DNA of 64,000 nucleotides from a virus. Lineage: Duplodnaviria; Caudoviricetes. A program made the position numbers and the translations under genes. The stretch spans positions 24,038-88,037 of IMG/VR virus record IMGVR_UViG_2932189381_000001; one strand, given 5' to 3'. This document shows positions 44,947 to 55,765 of the stretch, one piece after another; position 1 is the stretch's first letter, and every line of letters starts with the position of its first letter. The notes beneath the pieces were generated by a model, which saw only the letters and a program-made list of their open reading frames with translations, was not told where the DNA came from and made no database searches.

Positions 44947-47900
44947 GTGCCAGCTATCTCTGTCGGCTCCGTCGAGGTCGATGTCGTCCCCAACGCGCGC
45001 GGCATCCAGTCGCAGCTTCGTGCCGCGCTGGTGCCGCACGCGTCGACGATCGGCGACGAGGTCGGCCGGATCATCGGCCAGCGGATCGCCGCGAACATCA
45101 CCCCCGCCGTCAGGGACGGAATTCAGGGCGGTGCCCGTGCTGCCCGGCCTGCCGCTACTCGGGGCGGCGAGCAGGCCGGCGGTGCGTTCGCCCGGTCGCT
45201 GCGGGCCCGCCTGGAGGCCGCGTTCCGGTCCATGCCGCGGCTGGACGTGCGGCTCTCCGACACCGGAGTGGACGCCGACCTGGCCCGACTGCGTGCCCGC
45301 CTGGAGTCCCTGGCGGGGAAGACGGTCGGTATCGACATCGATGCGGCGACCGCCCGCGCCCAGGCCGCCGACATTGAGGAGCGGCTGCGCCGGATCGGTG
45401 CCGCTCACCCCAACGTCGCCGTGCGAGCGGATACGGCGGCGGCGATCGCGCAGTTGCAGCTGCTGCAGCAGCAGATCGACGAGACCACGCGTGACCCTGC
45501 CCGCATCCGTGTCGAGACGGACGGTAATTTCGGGCAGCGGCTTCGTGCCCAGGTGCAGGCGGCTGAAGCGTCCCTGCCGAACATCAACCTGACGGCGGAC
45601 TCGTCTGCTGCCGAGGTGGAGATCGCCCGGCTGCGGGCCCAGCTCACGGCGCTGCGGGATGTGCGGATCGGCGTCGACATGGACACCGCCACCGCCACCG
45701 CCCGTATCGAGGCGATCCAGGCCCGGTTGCAGGCGCTGTCCGCGTCCGATGCCGACGTGGCTGTGCGCGTGGACACCGGGGCGGCAGCAGCCCAGTTGGC
45801 TGCGGTGCAGGTCATGGTGAACCGGCTGGACGGGCAGACCGCCAACGTCAACGTCCGCGTCTCCGGCATGCAGATGCTGGTCACAGCGGCGCTCGCCTTC
45901 GGGCCCGCGCTGCTTCCGGTGCTTCCGGTGGCCGCTGCCGGGCTGGGTGCGGTCGCTGCTGCGGCGACGGCCGCGGCTGTCGGGATCGGCGGCATCGCCC
46001 TCGTCGCCGCCCCGGCTTTCATGCAGATCGGGAAGGTGCTGCAGTCGCAGAAGGCCGCCCAGGATGCGGCGACGCAGGCGACGATGCAGGGCGGTCAGGC
46101 CGCGTCACAGGGCGCGCAGAAGGCCATGCAGATGGCGTCGGCGCAGCAGTCCCTGGCGTCCGCGCACCGCAATGCCGCCCGGCAGATCCGGCAGGCCGAG
46201 GAAGGCATCGCTGACGCTGCCCGTAACGCCGCAGAGGCGAACGAGCGTGCCGCGCAGCAGGTCAAGCAGGCGAAGCAGGGGCTTGCGGATGCGGTGCAGC
46301 AGGCCGCCGACCGGCAGCAGCAGGCCGCCGAGCAGATCCGCAGCGCCGAAGAGTCCCTCGCCAACGCGCAGCGCACCGCCCGGCAGGCCCAGCAGGATCT
46401 CACCGAGGCCCGCGCGGACGCCGCCCGGCAGCTTGAGGATCTGGAGTCGCGGCTCGCGAATGCGTCCCTGTCCGAGCGGGACGCCGTCCTCGCGGTACAG
46501 GAAGCGCACAACCGGCTGATCCGCATGCGACAGGCCGGCGACAGCGTCTCCTATGCCGACCAGCAGCGCATCCAGCTCGCCTACGACCAAGCGGTGCAGC
46601 GGCTGGAGGATCAGCGCACCGAGACGAAGCGGCTGACCGCGGAGAAGAAGAAGGCGGACAAGGCCGGCGTCGACGGCTCCGAGCTGGTGCTGGATGCGCA
46701 GGAGCGTCTGCGGCAGGCGGAGCAGGGTGTCGCCAGCCAGCAGAAGGCTCTGTCGAAGGCCCGCTCGGACGCGGCTCGGCAGGCAGTGCAGGCGAACCGG
46801 GACATCGCTGAGGCGCAGGAGCGGGTGGCCGAGTCGCAGAAGAATGTGGCCCGGACGCAGGAGGACGGGGCCCGCTCCGTGGCCCGCGCACAGGAGCAGC
46901 TTGTGCAGGCACAGCAGTCGGCTGCGGACTCGATCGCATCGGCACAGCGTCAGATTGCCTCCGCGTCGCTCACTGCGGCCGGGGGCGTGGATCAGGCTGC
47001 CATCGCGCAGGCCAAGTACCAGGCTGAGCTGGCGAAACTCACCCCGTCGGCGCGGGCAACATATGACGCGTTCCTCGGGCTGCGGGACGCGTTCAAGGCG
47101 TGGTCGACGGCGCTGCAGCCGCACGTCATGCCGATCTTCACCCGCGCCCTGAACGGACTGAAGAACTCTCTGCCGGGCCTGACGCCGTTCGTCCACGAGG
47201 CCGCGGACGCCATCACGGGTCTGCAGGACCGGGCGTCGCGCGGCTTCAAGTCGCCGTGGTGGAAGGAGTTCAAGACCGACCTCGAGGGTTCCGTGAAGCC
47301 CGCGATCACTGGGCTCGGGGTCGCCTTCGGGAACGTCTTTGTGGGCATGGCGGGTGTCGTGCAGGCTTTCTTCCCGCACATGGATTCCATCTCATCGCGG
47401 ATGCAGGACATCACGGCCCGCTTCGCGGACTGGGGCACCAACCTGAAGGGCAGCCCGGAGTTCGAGCGGTTCCTGTCGTACTCCTCCGAGCACGGCCCGC
47501 TCCTTGCGGAGACATTCGGGAGTCTCGGGTCTGCGCTCATGAACGTCGCGCAGGCTCTGTCGCCGCTCTCCGGTCCGATCCTGCGGATCGTCGGGGCCAT
47601 AGCGGAGTTCGTGGCCGTCGTTGCGGAACAGGCTCCGTGGCTCATCCTGTCGATCTACGGGATCATCCTGGCGACGAAACTCTGGACGATCGCCATGTGG
47701 GCGTTCAGCGCAGCGGTGGCAGCCAACCCGATCACGCTGATCGTCATCGGCGTGATCGCGCTCATCGCCGTCGTGGTGTGGGCGTACAACCGCTTCGGCT
47801 GGTTCCGCGAGGGCGTCCAGGCAGTGTGGTCGGCGATTCAGACCGGCGCGATGTGGCTGTGGGAAGTAGTCCTGAAGCCGTTCTTCGCCTGGTTCGGCAC

Positions 47901-49851
47901 GATCGTCTCCTGGCTGTGGAACTCGATCATCAAGCCCTACGTGGGCTTCATCATCACCTACTGGAAGATGGTCGGCAACGCCGCACTGTGGCTGTGGAAC
48001 AACGCGATCAAACCGGCCTTCGGATTCATCGCCACTGCCGCGAAGATCCTGGCCACGATCATCGTGGTCATCATGGTGGCGCCGATCATCGCAGGCTTCA
48101 AACTCCTCGCGTTCATCGGCAAGTGGCTGTGGCAGAACGCCCTCAAGCCTGCCTTCGAGGCGATCGCCAAGCTCGCCCTGTGGCTGTGGAACTCGGCCTT
48201 CAAGCCCGCCTTCACCTGGATCGGCGACAAGGCGAAATGGCTGTGGACGAACGCGATCAAGCCCGCATGGTCCGGCATCCAGACCGGCGCGAAGTGGATG
48301 TGGGAGAAGATCCTCCGCCCCATCTTCGCGGCCTTCGTCGATGGGATGAAGACTCTCGGCAGCTGGGGTAAGTGGCTGTGGAAAAACGCGATCAAACCTG
48401 CCTGGGACGGCATCGTCGCGGCAGGTAAATGGGCGTGGGAGAAGGGCATCAAGCCCGTCTTCGACCGCTTCAAGGAGATCGTCCGCAGCCTCAAGGGCGC
48501 CTTCAACACGGCAGTCGACTCGATCAAGTCCGCCTGGGACCGGGTCAAGTCGGTCGCCCGGAAACCCGTCAACTTCATCGTCGACACCGTCTACAACAAA
48601 GGCATCGTCGGCGTCTGGAACAAAGTCGCCGGCGCGTTCGGGGCGCCGAAGCTGGACAAGTACTCGTTCGCCAGCGGCGGCATCATGCCCGGCTACACGC
48701 CGGGCCGGGACGTCCACCGGTTCGTCTCGCCGACCGGCGGGCAGCTGGAGTTGTCGGGTGGCGAGGCCATCATGCGGCCCGAGTTCACCCGAGCCGTCGG
48801 CAGTGGGTTCGTCGGGACGATGAACTCCATCGCCAAGTCTCACGGCTCGCAGGGCATCAAGGCCGCCCTGGCGCCCATGCTGGGCGGCAACCCGCGCACG
48901 TCCACCGACACGTCGCTGCGCTACTCGGGCGGCGGCGTCTACCCGGTGCAGCGGTTCGCGGATGGCGGCATCTTCGGCTGGATCAAGAGCACCGCATCGG
49001 CCGCAGCAGGCGCCGGATCGGAGGCGTGGAACTTCATCAAGAAGGGCGCCTCCTGGCTGAAGGACAGCCTTGAAGCGTCCGCGCGGGCCGGCGTCAAACA
49101 CGTCGTCGACCCGCTGCTGAAGAACTTCCCGGGCGCCGACACCGGCTTCGGGAAGATGATCCGCCGCATCCCCAACAAGATCCTCGACGCCCTGTTCGGC
49201 TACAGCAAGAAGGCCGACGACAAGGGTGCCGGCGGGATTGGCGGGCCACGCATCTCCGCCGCGTTGAAGTGGGCAAAGACGCAGCACGGCAAGCCCTACC
49301 AGTGGGCCGGTAATGGCAACCCCAGCTGGGACTGCAGCGGCTTCATGTCCGCCATTGAGAGCGTCATCCGAGGTCAGAAGCCGCACCGGCGCTGGGCCAC
49401 GATGGCGTTCCACGGCAAGCAGGCCCCTCCCGGCTGGGTGAAGAACGGCAACTCCGCATTCAAGATCGGCATCACGAATGCGGGCGTCGGCCACACCTCC
49501 GGAACCCTCGGCAAGACCAACGTCGAGAGCCGGGGCGGGGACGGCGTCGTCGTCGGCTCCCGGGCCCGCGGCTACAAGTCGTCCCTGTACACCGACTGGT
49601 ACGGCTTCCAGCCCGGCAAGTACGACAACGGCGGCATGCTCCAGCCCGGCTTCAATCTCGCCTACAACGGCACCGGCAGGCCCGAGCCCGTGCTGACCGG
49701 AAGCCAATTCAACGCCCTCGCCCGCGGCGGCGGAGAACTGGGCGACCTCCAGGTGTCGGTGTACGTCGGCAACCAGCAGATCACCGACATCGCACGCGCC
49801 GAAGTCCGCACCGCGCAAGGCGAACTCATCCAGGTACTCAACGCGAGCTGA
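44947..49851 (+). CDS. Tape measure protein with C-terminal NlpC/P60-like domain
   Basis: 1634 aa; Ala/Gln coiled coil, about 22-aa W.W...IKP repeats, FASGG motif, GKPYQWAG...WDCSGFMS. Confidence 0.93.
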   Translation: MPAISVGSVEVDVVPNARGIQSQLRAALVPHASTIGDEVGRIIGQRIAANITPAVRDGIQGGARAARPAATRGGEQAGGAFARSLRARLEAAFRSMPRLDVRLSDTGVDADLARLRARLESLAGKTVGIDIDAATARAQAADIEERLRRIGAAHPNVAVRADTAAAIAQLQLLQQQIDETTRDPARIRVETDGNFGQRLRAQVQAAEASLPNINLTADSSAAEVEIARLRAQLTALRDVRIGVDMDTATATARIEAIQARLQALSASDADVAVRVDTGAAAAQLAAVQVMVNRLDGQTANVNVRVSGMQMLVTAALAFGPALLPVLPVAAAGLGAVAAAATAAAVGIGGIALVAAPAFMQIGKVLQSQKAAQDAATQATMQGGQAASQGAQKAMQMASAQQSLASAHRNAARQIRQAEEGIADAARNAAEANERAAQQVKQAKQGLADAVQQAADRQQQAAEQIRSAEESLANAQRTARQAQQDLTEARADAARQLEDLESRLANASLSERDAVLAVQEAHNRLIRMRQAGDSVSYADQQRIQLAYDQAVQRLEDQRTETKRLTAEKKKADKAGVDGSELVLDAQERLRQAEQGVASQQKALSKARSDAARQAVQANRDIAEAQERVAESQKNVARTQEDGARSVARAQEQLVQAQQSAADSIASAQRQIASASLTAAGGVDQAAIAQAKYQAELAKLTPSARATYDAFLGLRDAFKAWSTALQPHVMPIFTRALNGLKNSLPGLTPFVHEAADAITGLQDRASRGFKSPWWKEFKTDLEGSVKPAITGLGVAFGNVFVGMAGVVQAFFPHMDSISSRMQDITARFADWGTNLKGSPEFERFLSYSSEHGPLLAETFGSLGSALMNVAQALSPLSGPILRIVGAIAEFVAVVAEQAPWLILSIYGIILATKLWTIAMWAFSAAVAANPITLIVIGVIALIAVVVWAYNRFGWFREGVQAVWSAIQTGAMWLWEVVLKPFFAWFGTIVSWLWNSIIKPYVGFIITYWKMVGNAALWLWNNAIKPAFGFIATAAKILATIIVVIMVAPIIAGFKLLAFIGKWLWQNALKPAFEAIAKLALWLWNSAFKPAFTWIGDKAKWLWTNAIKPAWSGIQTGAKWMWEKILRPIFAAFVDGMKTLGSWGKWLWKNAIKPAWDGIVAAGKWAWEKGIKPVFDRFKEIVRSLKGAFNTAVDSIKSAWDRVKSVARKPVNFIVDTVYNKGIVGVWNKVAGAFGAPKLDKYSFASGGIMPGYTPGRDVHRFVSPTGGQLELSGGEAIMRPEFTRAVGSGFVGTMNSIAKSHGSQGIKAALAPMLGGNPRTSTDTSLRYSGGGVYPVQRFADGGIFGWIKSTASAAAGAGSEAWNFIKKGASWLKDSLEASARAGVKHVVDPLLKNFPGADTGFGKMIRRIPNKILDALFGYSKKADDKGAGGIGGPRISAALKWAKTQHGKPYQWAGNGNPSWDCSGFMSAIESVIRGQKPHRRWATMAFHGKQAPPGWVKNGNSAFKIGITNAGVGHTSGTLGKTNVESRGGDGVVVGSRARGYKSSLYTDWYGFQPGKYDNGGMLQPGFNLAYNGTGRPEPVLTGSQFNALARGGGELGDLQVSVYVGNQQITDIARAEVRTAQGELIQVLNAS

Positions 49852-49861
49852 GGAGGTCTCT

Positions 49862-52090
49862 ATGGCAATCCCCGGGAACCTCCTCAGCCAGACCACCGAG
49901 TCCATCGACCCGAACACCTCCGGGTGGACGAGCAAGCTCAACTGCACCATCGTGAAGGGGACAGGAGGGAGAAACGGCGGAGACGGCTGCCTGTCCGTCC
50001 GCTCCGTAGCGGCAGGGGAGATGCAGGCCCGCACCGTCTCCTCCTACCCCGTCACCGCGGGCACGGTCTACTACGCCTTCGCAGACGCGGCCGGAGCGAG
50101 CACCGAACGGATCGGAATCCGCTGGCTGTCCAGCGTCGGCTGGGAAATCGGCGTCACCTGGTCGATGACCACGATGGCGGCCTCGGCGGGCTGGCACCGC
50201 GTATCCGTGGCCGGCGCAGCACCCGCAGGCGCTACACAGGCGCAGGTACTGCTCTCCTCGACGGAAGCCGGGGCGGGCGTCTCCCACTTCTGGGAGAACA
50301 TCTACCTCGGGACACCGATCAGGACGCTCGGCAACCTCCTCCCCTTCAACACCGAGAGCAGTGAGGTGGACACCTCGGGCTGGACCGCCGTCGTCAACGC
50401 GACGATCTCCCGCCAGGTGCCGGTGGTGAGCTGGTCTGTCACCAACTACACCGCTGGTGGGCACACGCTCACCATGACCGCTGCCGCCGCGGGCAACGCG
50501 AGCATCCTGTCCGTGGACCGGCCGACCGTGACACCGGGCCGCGAGTACCTCGCCTACGCCTACCTGCAGCCGCCCGTAATCACCGCGCAGGCATGGATCG
50601 AGTTGCGCTACTACGACGCCGTCGGTAACCAAATCCAGGCCACCCGTAGCACCCTTGCACCGCCGACTCCGGCGACCGGTATGTACCGGCAGCGGGTCTC
50701 CGCCACCGCCCCGGCGGGCGCCGCGACCTGTTCCCTCGCCGCCGGCCTCGACGGGGCATCGGCCGGGCAGGTCTTGCGTCTGGAAACCATCGTCGTCGTG
50801 GCAGCGCCAGTGCTGCAGGCGGGCACCGTCGTTCCCTACGCCGACGCCTCTTTCGAGCAGGGCGTCGCCGGCTGGACGGTCGCTTCGGGTGTGGCGACGA
50901 TCGCCCGCACCGCACCGTGGGGCTTCTCCTCCTATGAGGGCTCCTACTCGCTTGCCATTACCTCCACCACCGCCACCACCTCGGTCGTCCGCTCGGCACG
51001 CTTCTCGGTCATCGAGGGCGTCAACTGGCGGGCTCAAGCCATCGCGCACCCGGCGGCCGGGACGTGGGCGACCGCCACTATCCGGGTCCGCTGGTACGAC
51101 GCCGCAGACGTCAGCCTCGGCGCCAGCACCGGCATCACCTACAGCCTCCCCGGCAGCAGCTGGTACCTCCTCCAGTCCGACCAGACCGCGCCGGCGGGAG
51201 CGACACAGGCGGCGATCGAGATCGTGCCGACCGCGTCCTCCACCGGCAGCGTCCTCCATGTCGACCGGGTCGCCCTGTGGGAGGTGCTGCCGCTCACCGC
51301 GGTCACCGCCGACTCGGGCCGCGGCTACATCGCGCTGACACTGCGGGAGCTGCCGCCGGACTACACGATCACCGTGTACCGGGTCGGGGCGGACGGCTCC
51401 CGCACCTTGGTCCGCGGCGCATCGGGGCTCATCGACCGGCAGCCGATCACCTCCGACCTCCTCATCATCGAGGACCACGAGGCGCCCATGGGCGTACCCG
51501 TCTCCTACCGCATCGAGATGTTCAACCCGGGCGGCGGGCGGGCCACTCGCGGATCGGACACCGTCCAGCTCACTCTCGACGACATCAACACCGTCTGGCT
51601 GAAGGACCCGGGAAACCCGCAGCGGAACACGCAGGTGGTGGTGCAGTCGGCGCCGGACTGGCAGCGCCCGGTCGAGCAGATAGCGGTCGTGGTCCGAGGC
51701 CGCCGCAACAAGGTCGTCCTCTCCGGACGGCGGCAGGGCCTCGAGGGGGACCTCGCGATCTGGACCCGCACTGACGAGGAACGCCAGGCCCTGCACCTGC
51801 TCCTCGACTCCGGCAACACGCTGCTGTGGCAGGCCGTGCCCGGCATGGGCGTCGACGACATGTACGTCGCCGTCGCCCAGATCAACGAGAACCGAGTCGG
51901 GCAGCTCGCACAGGAGCAGTGGCGGGCCTGGACGCTGCCGCTCATCGAGCAGGACATGCCCGTCACGGTCGGCATCAACGGCAGCGCCGGCCGGACCTGG
52001 CAAGACATCGCCACCGAATTCCCGACCGCGGGCGACCTGCTGGACGTGTACGCCACGAGCGAGGATCTCCTACTCGACCATCGGGGGTGA
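49862..52090 (+). CDS. Minor tail protein (three CBM-like repeats plus Dit-like C-terminus)
   Basis: Repeated NLL...E...SGWT...V..G..Y...APAGAT units. Confidence 0.75.
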   Translation: MAIPGNLLSQTTESIDPNTSGWTSKLNCTIVKGTGGRNGGDGCLSVRSVAAGEMQARTVSSYPVTAGTVYYAFADAAGASTERIGIRWLSSVGWEIGVTWSMTTMAASAGWHRVSVAGAAPAGATQAQVLLSSTEAGAGVSHFWENIYLGTPIRTLGNLLPFNTESSEVDTSGWTAVVNATISRQVPVVSWSVTNYTAGGHTLTMTAAAAGNASILSVDRPTVTPGREYLAYAYLQPPVITAQAWIELRYYDAVGNQIQATRSTLAPPTPATGMYRQRVSATAPAGAATCSLAAGLDGASAGQVLRLETIVVVAAPVLQAGTVVPYADASFEQGVAGWTVASGVATIARTAPWGFSSYEGSYSLAITSTTATTSVVRSARFSVIEGVNWRAQAIAHPAAGTWATATIRVRWYDAADVSLGASTGITYSLPGSSWYLLQSDQTAPAGATQAAIEIVPTASSTGSVLHVDRVALWEVLPLTAVTADSGRGYIALTLRELPPDYTITVYRVGADGSRTLVRGASGLIDRQPITSDLLIIEDHEAPMGVPVSYRIEMFNPGGGRATRGSDTVQLTLDDINTVWLKDPGNPQRNTQVVVQSAPDWQRPVEQIAVVVRGRRNKVVLSGRRQGLEGDLAIWTRTDEERQALHLLLDSGNTLLWQAVPGMGVDDMYVAVAQINENRVGQLAQEQWRAWTLPLIEQDMPVTVGINGSAGRTWQDIATEFPTAGDLLDVYATSEDLLLDHRG

Positions 52091-52093
52091 TCC

Positions 52094-53188
52094 GTGTACC
52101 CGGTATCGGATCGCTTCCTGGCCCGCCTCGCCGAGAGCCACACCCCGATCACGCAGGTGCAGCTACTGCTGACGGACGGGCGGGTCGTGGACCTCGAGCA
52201 CACGGGCGGCAGCGTCACCGTCGACCGAGCCCAGACGATCCGCCGCACCTGCAGCGTCACCATCCCCGACCCGGCACTGATCCCGCGCACACCATCCGAC
52301 CAGCTCGCCGTATACGGGGCCCGGCTTCGGATCTCCCGCGGCGTCGAATACGGGCGCTCTGACGACACCGAACTGGTGCCGCTCGGGGTGTTCCGGCTGG
52401 ACTCGGTGGACGGCGACGTCTCCGAAGGCCCGGTCACTCTGCAAGGCAAAGGCCTTGAGGTGGTCGTCGCGGACGACAAGTTCACCACCCGATATCGGGC
52501 ATCCGGCACCGCGGTATCCGCCATCGCGGCGATCATCCGCCGCAGCATTCCCGACGCCGACGTCCTCTCCCTCATCGCCGACGTCACCATCGGGAGCCGC
52601 TGGTTCGATCTCGAAGCGGACCCGTGGGCCGGCTGCCAGGAGATTGCCGCCGCCGCCGGAGCCGAGGTGTATGCCAACGCGGACGGCGTGTTCGTCATCA
52701 GCACGCTGCCCGACCCGCTCACCACCGAGCCCGTATGGGCGGTCGAAGCGGTCGAGGGCGGCGTGTACATCTCCGGCAACCGGGCCATGACCAGCGACGG
52801 CGTCCACAACGGAGTCCACGCCCGCGGCGAGAACGCCTCCGACGGCATCCCGCCCGTGTCCGCGCTCGTCGTCGACAACGACCCGGGCTCGCCGACGTAC
52901 TGGTCGGGCCCCTACGGCAGGCGGCCCATGTTCTACAGCTCGTCGACGCTGAACTCTACGGCGGCCTGTCAGCGGGCCGCCCGGTTGAAGCTCGCGGAGG
53001 CGCGGGCCCCGAACGCATCCGGCGACATCAGCTCCCTGCCGAACCCGGCCTTGGAGCCGGGCGACGTCATCCGCGTCACCCACGAGGACGGCACCCGCGA
53101 ACTCCACCAAGTCGCGAGCTTCTCCGTACCGCTTGACCTGGGCGGCGACTTCCCCATCGCCACCATCTCGGCGAAGGAGGACTCGTGA
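52094..53188 (+). CDS. Baseplate hub/Tal-like minor tail protein (DUF5047-like)
   Basis: GSVTVDR...RRTC, VPLGVF, SPTYW.GPYG, PNPALEPGD. Confidence 0.82.
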   Translation: MYPVSDRFLARLAESHTPITQVQLLLTDGRVVDLEHTGGSVTVDRAQTIRRTCSVTIPDPALIPRTPSDQLAVYGARLRISRGVEYGRSDDTELVPLGVFRLDSVDGDVSEGPVTLQGKGLEVVVADDKFTTRYRASGTAVSAIAAIIRRSIPDADVLSLIADVTIGSRWFDLEADPWAGCQEIAAAAGAEVYANADGVFVISTLPDPLTTEPVWAVEAVEGGVYISGNRAMTSDGVHNGVHARGENASDGIPPVSALVVDNDPGSPTYWSGPYGRRPMFYSSSTLNSTAACQRAARLKLAEARAPNASGDISSLPNPALEPGDVIRVTHEDGTRELHQVASFSVPLDLGGDFPIATISAKEDS

Positions 53189-53787
53189 GATCGGCGCACT
53201 CCACCAGCCGGGATCTGGCTGCCGCGCTTGCCCGCCGCGCCCAGCGGGCCGGTGAGCAGACCCCGTCCGTGCGCGGCTCCGACTGGTCCGGCGCCGTCGT
53301 CACTGCAGTCCACACGGATGGCACCGTCGACGCTGACGGGCTCGAGGGCATCCGCTGCATGGAGACCTACAGCCAGCCGGCGACCGGTGACCTCATCTAC
53401 ATCACCCAGTCCAGCAGCGGCAACTGGCTCGCCTGGGGCCGCACCGCCACAGTCTTCCAGGACTGGACGGACCTCACCCTGGCCAGCGGAATGCAAAACC
53501 CCGGGCACGGCTGGACCGCCTCCTACCTGCGCGAGGGCCGCCGCATCTGGCTACGCGGCAGGGTCGGCCCCACAACAGGCACGATCGCCGACGGCACCAC
53601 CATCCTGACCCTCCCGACAGCTATCCGGCCCGGTGTGGCCGCCGCCTGGGCCGTCGCCCGGGATGCGAGCGCCGTACCCGCGACGATCCGCGTGGAGATC
53701 ACCGCAGCCACCGGCGCCGTCCGCACCTACCAGTCGACGAACTTGCCGCAGTGGGTCGCCCTCGACGGCATCACATACACGATCTAG
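53185..53787 (+). CDS. Minor tail protein
   Basis: Position; TLP..IRP fibre-tip motif. Confidence 0.7.
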   Translation: MRSAHSTSRDLAAALARRAQRAGEQTPSVRGSDWSGAVVTAVHTDGTVDADGLEGIRCMETYSQPATGDLIYITQSSSGNWLAWGRTATVFQDWTDLTLASGMQNPGHGWTASYLREGRRIWLRGRVGPTTGTIADGTTILTLPTAIRPGVAAAWAVARDASAVPATIRVEITAATGAVRTYQSTNLPQWVALDGITYTI

Positions 53788-53796
53788 GAGGGGCGC

Positions 53797-54384
53797 GTGC
53801 CCACACAGGACGACTACGGGCAGGGCATCTCCCTGATCTCCCTCACCGACGCCCCCGACATGGCCAAAGCGATCGCCGACCTCGCGAACGGGGTCATCCC
53901 GCGCGGCGTGATGCGGTTCGCTTCCGCGTCACAGCGGGGCGCCACCCTCACCGCTCCGGTCGAGGGCATGGCGACGTGGCTGAACGACGTCAACCGGCTC
54001 GACATCTACAACGGCAGCAGCTGGGTGACTCCGGAGCCGTCGCTGGCCAGCAGCACCACCGGACTCAGCGCCGCCGCCGGGTTCTCCGTGCTCGACTTCT
54101 ACGGACACCGGCAAGGCAAGGTCACCAGCATCGACCTGTACCTGGCCCGCACCGGCGGCAAGATCACCGCCAACAGCGGCAACATCGCCGACACCGTGTG
54201 CGCGACTGTCCCCTCGGCATGGCGACCCCAGCACAGCACCATCACCGGCTGCTTCGACAACGGCATCGTCCACGGCGGCTTCGTCATCGGTACCGACGGC
54301 ATCGTCACCCTCCGCACCGCCACCGACGACATCGACGGCGGCACCAACCTCCGCCTGCACATCACCTTCCTCCGCACCACCTAG
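53797..54384 (+). CDS. Minor tail/fibre protein
   Basis: RFAS...R.A....P.EGM...YNGSSW; VP..WRP. Confidence 0.72.
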   Translation: MPTQDDYGQGISLISLTDAPDMAKAIADLANGVIPRGVMRFASASQRGATLTAPVEGMATWLNDVNRLDIYNGSSWVTPEPSLASSTTGLSAAAGFSVLDFYGHRQGKVTSIDLYLARTGGKITANSGNIADTVCATVPSAWRPQHSTITGCFDNGIVHGGFVIGTDGIVTLRTATDDIDGGTNLRLHITFLRTT

Positions 54385-54419
54385 CCCGCGCCCCCAAGCG
54401 CCTCCCGCCTGGAGTTCCG

Positions 54420-55379
54420 ATGGCACCACCCATGCCTGCCGCCACCTTCGCCGCCCTCTTCAGAGCCGAGGGCATCACCGTCCTCGAGGTCGACGACTGG
54501 GGCACCCACAACCGCAACACCAAGGGACCGTGGGGACCCGTCCACGGCGTGATGATCCACCACACCGTCACCAAGGGCACCGCCGCCACCGTGCGGATGT
54601 GCCAGAACGGCTACTCCGGTCTACCCGGCCCGCTCTGTCACGGCGTCATCGCCAAAGACGGCACCGTGCACCTCGTCGGCTACGGCCGCGCCAACCACGC
54701 CGGCCTCGGCGACCCGGACGTGCTGCGCGCGGTCATCAACGAGGTGAAGCCGCCCGTCGACGACGAGGCGACGGTGGACGGCAACCGGCACTTCTACGGC
54801 TTCGAGTGCGAGAACCTCGGCGACAACGTCGACCCGTGGCCGCCGGAGCAGGTCGAGGCGATCGTCCGCGTCATCACAGCGATCTGCCGCCACCACGGAT
54901 GGGGTGCGCGCTCCGCACTCCGGCACCTCGACTGGCAGCCCGGAAAGATCGACCCCCGCGGGCCCGGCATGGACTGGGACGACATCCTCACCCGAGTCAC
55001 CGCACGGCTCGCAGGCGACAAACCCGAGCCGAAGCCCGCTGCGCCGAAGCCGGCCGCCCCCAAGCCGCTGCCGAAGCCGCAGGTACCCACCGTCGACCTG
55101 TCCCAGCTAGTCGCCGCCGCCAAGTCGAACCCCGCGGCGAAGGGCACACCGGTCACCTACAGCGGGGTCAAGGTCGTCGAAGCGGCCCTGGTCGACGCGG
55201 GCCTGCTGGCCAAGAAGTACAGCGACGGCCACTACGGCACCACCACCGTGACGGCCTACGCCGCGTGGCAGCGCTCCAAGGCAGGCGGCAGCTACCGCGG
55301 CAAGGACGCCGACGGCATCCCCGGCCGCGCATCTCTCGAGCGCCTCGGCAAGCGGTACGGCTTCAACGTCGTCGCCTGA
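54420..55379 (+). CDS. Endolysin: N-acetylmuramoyl-L-alanine amidase plus peptidoglycan-binding domain
   Basis: GVMIHHT, LPGPLCH, RANHAG, GFECEN, H..W...KIDP; DGHYG..T..AY..WQ...ADGIPG. Confidence 0.92.
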   Translation: MAPPMPAATFAALFRAEGITVLEVDDWGTHNRNTKGPWGPVHGVMIHHTVTKGTAATVRMCQNGYSGLPGPLCHGVIAKDGTVHLVGYGRANHAGLGDPDVLRAVINEVKPPVDDEATVDGNRHFYGFECENLGDNVDPWPPEQVEAIVRVITAICRHHGWGARSALRHLDWQPGKIDPRGPGMDWDDILTRVTARLAGDKPEPKPAAPKPAAPKPLPKPQVPTVDLSQLVAAAKSNPAAKGTPVTYSGVKVVEAALVDAGLLAKKYSDGHYGTTTVTAYAAWQRSKAGGSYRGKDADGIPGRASLERLGKRYGFNVVA

Positions 55380-55402
55380 CCCACCAACAGAACGGACCCC
55401 TC

Positions 55403-55765
55403 ATGAAGGTCTTCGGCCGTGAACCGGCTCTCCTCATCGCCAGCATTTCGGCTGGCCTGTCCCTGCTGGTCACCTTCCAGTTCGGTCTGGACGCCGAGCA
55501 GGCGGGCGCGATCGTCGCCGTCATCTCCGCCGTGTTCGCCGCAGCGACCGCCGTGCTCACCCGGCCCATCGCCCCGTCCGCGTTCACCGGTCTCGTCGCT
55601 GCGGTCGCCGCGCTCCTTGCCGCATACGGCCTCGACCTGTCCGCGGAGAAGGTCGGCGCGATCAACGCCGTCGTCCTCGCCGGGCTCGCTCTCCTGACTC
55701 GCGCGCAGGTCTCCCCGGCCAACCCGAGCGCGCCGGCCACGGCCGAACCGCCCCGGGCGGTCTGA
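55403..55765 (+). CDS. Holin
   Basis: 4 TM helices, MKVFGREP...RAQVSP; follows the endolysin. Confidence 0.8.
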   Translation: MKVFGREPALLIASISAGLSLLVTFQFGLDAEQAGAIVAVISAVFAAATAVLTRPIAPSAFTGLVAAVAALLAAYGLDLSAEKVGAINAVVLAGLALLTRAQVSPANPSAPATAEPPRAV

